DNA of 64,000 nucleotides from Candidatus Moraniibacteriota bacterium (GTDB lineage Bacteria; Patescibacteriota; Minisyncoccia; Moranbacterales; UBA1568): NCBI GenBank assembly GCA_963743885.1, contig CAVURJ010000002.1, positions 109,020 to 173,019 of the forward strand, read 5' to 3'. Shown piece by piece: positions 60,066 to 64,000 of this stretch (position 1 is its first letter; each line of letters starts with the position of its first letter). The notes under the pieces were generated by a model. It saw only the letters and a program-made list of their open reading frames with translations, ran no database searches and was not told where the DNA came from. The position numbers and the translations under genes were made by a program.

Positions 60066-60192
60066 TGTTAGAGAAAAATGACGCTCGCTTCATGCGGGCG
60101 ATTTTTTTTGAGAATGATACTTCGGGGGTATCCGTTGCGCTGCCAAGGGGTTGCTGTATAATGGCAGCAAGGGGTAATCCTTCTTTTTTCCT

Positions 60193-60813
60193 ATGAAGAA
60201 TCTTTTTTTTCCGCTGTTTATCCTTGCGGCCGTTGTCATGTTTGCGCCGTCGCTCGCTGATGCTCAAATTCCCGGAGGGGGGACGATTACGATCACTAAG
60301 AGTAATCCAATCGCTTTCGGTACTGTGGAGGACGTGGTGGATAGTATTCTCGGGACGATTAGGAAAATCATCGTTATCCTCTCGCTTGTCTTTATCGTTT
60401 TGGGAGCTATATTTTATATCGTTTCCGGTGGAGATGAGGGGAGGATCAAGTTGGCTAAGGGAGCGATTACTGCGTCTGTCATCGGTCTCGCGATAGGTAT
60501 CGCTGCCCCGTCTTTTCTCAAGGAGATTGGTGGCATCATCGGTTGGGGTAGTGCTGATTCTAGTGCCGTTGCGGGGGCTCTTACGATTTCGCAGATCGCT
60601 TCTAATGCACTTGATTTCCTCCTTTCTATTTTTGGTGTGCTTGCTATTATCATGCTGGTAGTGGGAGGGATAGCGTATCTTTCTTCAGCTGGGGACGAGG
60701 ATCGTATTGATACTGCCAAGAAGATTGTCAAATGGGCGATTATTGGTATCGTAGTCGCCTTTTCGGCCATGGTCATTGTTGACCAGATTGCCTCGCTGCT
60801 TTTGGGGGTGTAG
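60193..60813 (+). CDS. Tandem-duplicated pilin-like membrane protein (signal peptide plus two copies of the helix-'Y(I/L)xS(G/A)GDE(G/D)RI..AK'-helix module)
   Basis: The two internal repeats (about aa 60-120 and 130-200) each resemble ORF 48073-48492. Confidence 0.45.
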   Translation: MKNLFFPLFILAAVVMFAPSLADAQIPGGGTITITKSNPIAFGTVEDVVDSILGTIRKIIVILSLVFIVLGAIFYIVSGGDEGRIKLAKGAITASVIGLAIGIAAPSFLKEIGGIIGWGSADSSAVAGALTISQIASNALDFLLSIFGVLAIIMLVVGGIAYLSSAGDEDRIDTAKKIVKWAIIGIVVAFSAMVIVDQIASLLLGV

Positions 60814-61075
60814 GCTTCAAGGTTTTTCTGGTGCTCTTGAGTTTTTTTTGTCTTTGTGATACCATCAGGAATGTCGTTTTTCCTGAAAAGAGGGGATATT
60901 TCTGGTGATGAGTTCCCTCCAAAGGCGGGCGGGCAGGTGGTTCAGTGGACGAATGGCCGAGAACGAGAGAAAAATGTTCTGGAAAACGAGTGATCAATGG
61001 GTGATTAGCTCAGGTGGTTACCCGCCCGAACGTACCGTTCGGTACGGGCGGGGAGCGCGACGCGCTTGGGAAGAT

Positions 61076-61315
61076 ATGATATACGTTGTTTATGTTTTGC
61101 GTAGCGAAGACGGTCGTCTGTATAAGGGGATGACAAATGATTTGAGTCGTCGAGTCGCAGAACATAGACGAGGTAAGACTCGCACTACGAGGTTGATGAA
61201 GGATGTGCGAGTAGTCTATACTGAGAATTACCAATCCGAAGAAGAGGCATATCTCCGCGAGCAGTATCTGAAGACTGCTGCAGGTAGGCGGTTTCTTAAG
61301 AAACAACTCGGGTGA
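61076..61315 (+). CDS. GIY-YIG nuclease-domain small protein immediately upstream of (overlapping 6 nt of) tRNA-Ile
   Basis: 'MIYVVYVLRSEDGRLYKGMTNDLSRRVAEH' is the GIY-YIG motif. The track start at 60905 is probably too far upstream. Confidence 0.65.
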   Translation: MIYVVYVLRSEDGRLYKGMTNDLSRRVAEHRRGKTRTTRLMKDVRVVYTENYQSEEEAYLREQYLKTAAGRRFLKKQLG

Positions 61316-61383
61316 TTAGCTCAGGTGGTTAGAGCGCGACACTGATAATGTCGAGGTCCATGGTTCGAGTCCATGATCACCCA
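61310..61383 (+). tRNA. tRNA-Ile (anticodon GAT)
   Basis: Acceptor GGGTGAT/ATCACCC, anticodon loop CTGATAA, T-arm GGTCC...TTCGAGT. Confidence 0.85.
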
Positions 61384-61555
61384 CATGCCGTACCTTCGGT
61401 ACGGAAGTACCAATTACCAAATCACAATATCCAATCAAAGGGACAATGACTAAAATTCGAAACCATGCTATTGTACGGTTTGCTGGATCTTTAGTTGGCA
61501 CCCGTTTGGAAATTGGTGCTTGGAGATTGGAAATTGAAGCGCGATAGCGCGACGC

Positions 61556-61629
61556 AGCGGGGTAGAGCAGTCTGGCAGCTCGTCTGGCTCATAACCAGAA
61601 GGTCGGTGGTTCGAATCCACCCCCCGCAA
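61556..61629 (+). tRNA. tRNA with CAT anticodon (Met, initiator or Ile2 not distinguishable)
   Basis: Anticodon arm TCTGG-CTCATAA-CCAGA, T-arm GGTGG-TTCGAAT-CCACC, 1:72 A/A mismatch. Confidence 0.7.
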
Positions 61630-61779
61630 CTAAGAGTAATAACCAATAATCAAGCACCAATTTCCAAATAAGCTCTAATTTTTCCAAAAACCGAAAATTC
61701 AAATAATTTTGGAGTTTGGAATTTGCAAGTTGGGATTTATTTGTTTCTTGGGATTTGATTATTGGTTATTGCCTTATAG

Positions 61780-61853
61780 GCCAGGGTAGCTCAGTTGGTT
61801 AGAGCACGGGACTCATAAGCCCGGGGTCGCGAGTTCGAATCTCGCCCCTGGTA
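61780..61853 (+). tRNA. tRNA with CAT anticodon (second copy; Met/fMet/Ile2)
   Basis: Loop CTCATAA, GGG/CCC-rich anticodon stem, T-arm GCGAG-TTCGAAT-CTCGC. Confidence 0.7.
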
Positions 61854-61935
61854 CTAAGGAAGTATGATGTATTGTGTATTATGTATTTCGTATTTGAAAT
61901 ACGTAATACAGTATACTTGATACAAGATACATTTT

Positions 61936-62009
61936 GGGGGCGTAGCTCAGCTGGTTAGAGCGCCACACTGTCACTGTGGAGGTCGCGAGTTCGAATCTCG
62001 TCGCTCCCG
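61936..62009 (+). tRNA. tRNA-Asp (anticodon GTC)
   Basis: Acceptor GGGGGCG/CGCTCCC, anticodon loop CTGTCAC, T-arm GCGAG-TTCGAAT-CTCGT. Confidence 0.8.
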
Positions 62010-62014
62010 CCCAT

Positions 62015-62053
62015 AAGCAAAAAGAATGGTCCGATGGGCCATTCTTTTTGCTT
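62015..62053 (+). terminator. Strong terminator hairpin after the tRNA array (AAGCAAAAAGAATGG-loop-CCATTCTTTTTGCTT)
   Basis: 15-bp perfect inverted repeat. Confidence 0.7.
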
Positions 62054-62345
62054 TGAGATGGGGGTCGAGATTCGAACGGGAAAGGGTCGGAAAACGGGAG
62101 TTTTCTGTCGGAGGAGAGCAGGCCTGATGTTCTGTCAGGCCGCTGAGAACCGTGGGTTCTTAGAAGGAGCAAAGCGACGTGTTCAATCTCGTCGCTCCCG
62201 CCCATTCGAAAATCCTCTTCCTCGTTTCGAGGAGGGGGATTTTTGTTTATGGCGGGAAGCGTCGGAATAGGAGCGATTTTGGGCCGTCTTTTGAGAGGGG
62301 ATACGCCTAGGTGTATGATAGAGGCAGAAGTAGTAGTTATATCAT

Positions 62346-63410
62346 ATGCAGGCAGCGAATACGTTCGAACAGGCATTTTCCGGGACGCGGGCAGCGGTCC
62401 TGCTTTCTGGTATTGATGGTATCGCACTGTATGCCAATGATGCCGTCGAACGGAAGACGGGATTTTCGCTCGGCGAAGTCATCGGCCGTGCTCCTGGGAA
62501 ACTCTGGGGCGGCAATATGCCGCGCGCCTTCTATGATGAGCTCTGGGAGACGATCGAAGAGAAACAAGAGCCGTTCGTGGCGGCGCTGACCAATGCGAAG
62601 AAGAATAAGGAGAAGTACGACGAGTTCCTCGCGATCGCACCGGTGTTTGATGATCAGCACGAGACGCTCGAATACTATCTTGCTCTGCAGGTGGGCTGTC
62701 TCGCGCCAGGGGAAGAGCGCGAACGGTTCAGCCGGTCATTCAAGAAGCTTTTTTCCAAGCAGTCGCATTCATCGGCGGATGAGAATCTGCGTTTCGTGGC
62801 AGATGCTGTCGGGACGCGGTTCGCGGTACCGGCCGCGGGCAATCGGTCTCTCTCGGAGATTTTCCGGGAAATGTTCGTCGCTCCTTTCGAGAGCCGATTC
62901 GTGGCGCGGCACGAGGACAAGGTGCTCATCATGGCTGCGAAGGAGGATTCTGAACAGTTCCGCGCTCTGTATGACAAATATCGGAATACGGTCTTCTCGT
63001 ATTTCATGCGACATGTGAATGCCAATCCGGACGTAGCTGAAGACTTGGTGCAGGACACTTTCTATCGCGGATTTCTGTATCTGGATGGTTTCCGTCTCAT
63101 GAACGCTTCGTATGGCACGTACCTTCTGCGGATCGCGCACAATGTCCTCATCAACCATTTCCGCAAGAGGCAATTTTTTGGACTCATGGAGGATGTTCCT
63201 CAGGATCGGGCGACGGAGTCGCTGTTTTCCGAGGAAGCACTTTGGCATTCGCCGCACCTCTCACTCCCTGATCAGCGGGTGCTCGCGATGAAGTATCGGG
63301 AAGGTTATTCCCTCCGGGAGATCGCCGGGGTATTCGATATCAGTGAGAATGCCGCCAAGCTCCGCCTTTCCCGTGCCAGGAAGCGGCTCCGAGGCGCCTT
63401 GCAAGATTGA
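62346..63410 (+). CDS. PAS-domain-fused ECF-type sigma-70 family factor
   Basis: N-terminal PAS-like 'AAVLLSGIDGIALYANDAVERKTGFSLGEVIGRAPGKLWGG'. C-terminal sigma region 2 'DLVQDTFYRGF' and region 4 HTH 'LREIAGVFDISENAAKLRLSRARKRLR'. Confidence 0.6.
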   Translation: MQAANTFEQAFSGTRAAVLLSGIDGIALYANDAVERKTGFSLGEVIGRAPGKLWGGNMPRAFYDELWETIEEKQEPFVAALTNAKKNKEKYDEFLAIAPVFDDQHETLEYYLALQVGCLAPGEERERFSRSFKKLFSKQSHSSADENLRFVADAVGTRFAVPAAGNRSLSEIFREMFVAPFESRFVARHEDKVLIMAAKEDSEQFRALYDKYRNTVFSYFMRHVNANPDVAEDLVQDTFYRGFLYLDGFRLMNASYGTYLLRIAHNVLINHFRKRQFFGLMEDVPQDRATESLFSEEALWHSPHLSLPDQRVLAMKYREGYSLREIAGVFDISENAAKLRLSRARKRLRGALQD

Positions 63411-63588
63411 TCGAAGCGTGGTCTAGTCGTGTTTTTGAGTGAAATCATACTACAGGTAGTGGTTTTCCGGTGTCATCATGACACCTTTTTTGTTTTCCGG
63501 TGTTTAACTCTATAGAAGGATATCAAAAAGGGGCCAAGAGCCGCTTTTTTGTGTCAGAAATTAATATCGTAAGCGAAAAATTAGCAAT

Positions 63589-64000
63589 ATGCCGATATAC
63601 AAAATCCAAAAGCGTAGTGGTAGCATTGTCGATTTCGATCTCGAGAAGATCCGCCAGGCCATCGCCAAGGCGGCCGAGGTGACCGGCATGCAGGATGCTA
63701 TCGCACCCCAAGTGCTCTCTGAAGACGTGCTTGCTGAGCTTGAGACGCGGTTTGTGGACGGTATCCCGACCGTTGAAGAAGTGCAGGATATCGTCGAGGA
63801 GACGCTCATCCGCTATGATTATGCCGATACTGCCAAGGCCTATATCCTCTATCGCGAGAAGCGTCGTGAGGCGCGTGAGGCGAAGAATGTCGTGGTCCAG
63901 GTGGAGAAGACGATCCGCGAGTATCTCGAGAAGCTCGACTGGCGGGTCAATGCCAATTCGAACCAGGGGTACTCGCTCGGCGGCATGATTCTCAATACGG
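63589..64000 (+). CDS. Ribonucleotide reductase (ATP-cone N-terminus), 3'-truncated at window end
   Basis: 'MPIYKIQKRSGSIVDFDLEKIRQAIAKA' is a typical ATP-cone start of RNR large subunits. The class is not determinable from this fragment. Confidence 0.5.
   Translation, partial: MPIYKIQKRSGSIVDFDLEKIRQAIAKAAEVTGMQDAIAPQVLSEDVLAELETRFVDGIPTVEEVQDIVEETLIRYDYADTAKAYILYREKRREAREAKNVVVQVEKTIREYLEKLDWRVNANSNQGYSLGGMILNT

Noticed and set aside
61879-62427. 182-aa minus-strand ORF spanning tRNA-Asp (contains ...GATRFELATSTV...).
   Set aside because: Classic artefact of translating across tRNA genes and hairpins. The tRNA and terminator explain the region.

Overview
This 64 kb window is a moderately high-GC (about 55-60%) bacterial contig that uses the standard genetic code (TGA is a stop). 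It is dense in housekeeping genes: groEL with a CIRCE operator, topA, dprA, trpS, ychF, RNase J, an FtsW/RodA SEDS protein, secG, a GDP-mannose pathway, a PilB/GspE ATPase, a rel gene and six tRNAs. A 23S-5S rRNA operon lacks an upstream 16S and its 23S carries a group I intron with a frameshifted LAGLIDADG homing endonuclease plus further large insertions. Together with small pilin-like proteins and an O-antigen-ligase/TPR membrane protein, this looks like a Patescibacteria/CPR-like genome, though that is inference. The most interesting locus is a compact, translationally coupled operon (about 6626-13155). It encodes a SagB-type dehydrogenase and a YcaO cyclodehydratase with a PxPxP C-terminus, followed by a small ORF whose C-terminus is a Gly/Ser/Cys/Ala-rich microcin-B17-like core ending in a (GCTGGT)n microsatellite. 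Two uncharacterised proteins lie upstream and a membrane-anchored protein downstream. I read this as a candidate thiazole/oxazole-modified (TOMM/LAP) RiPP cluster. Other notable loci follow. Two paralogous secreted proteins flank a three-gene block (PRTase-PQQ-propeller fusion, hypothetical, stand-alone Asn-synthetase-like PP-loop enzyme) that shares a TTGTCAAGTATT operator-like motif. Two GIY-YIG small ORFs are inserted at the 5' side of tRNA genes with duplicated tRNA 5' fragments. A four-copy intergenic repeat family has a covarying hairpin. G-quadruplex-capable GGGTATAGGG/(TAACCCC)n elements sit around terminators. Two Cys-rich secreted proteins share a C-terminal CxDFNWxEVxP tail. trpS carries an AT-rich in-frame insertion. 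rel is frameshifted. A PAS domain is fused to an ECF-type sigma factor. Coordinates I derived by hand (tRNAs, motifs, repeats) are approximate to within a few nt, and product calls rest on motif recognition only, with no database searches.
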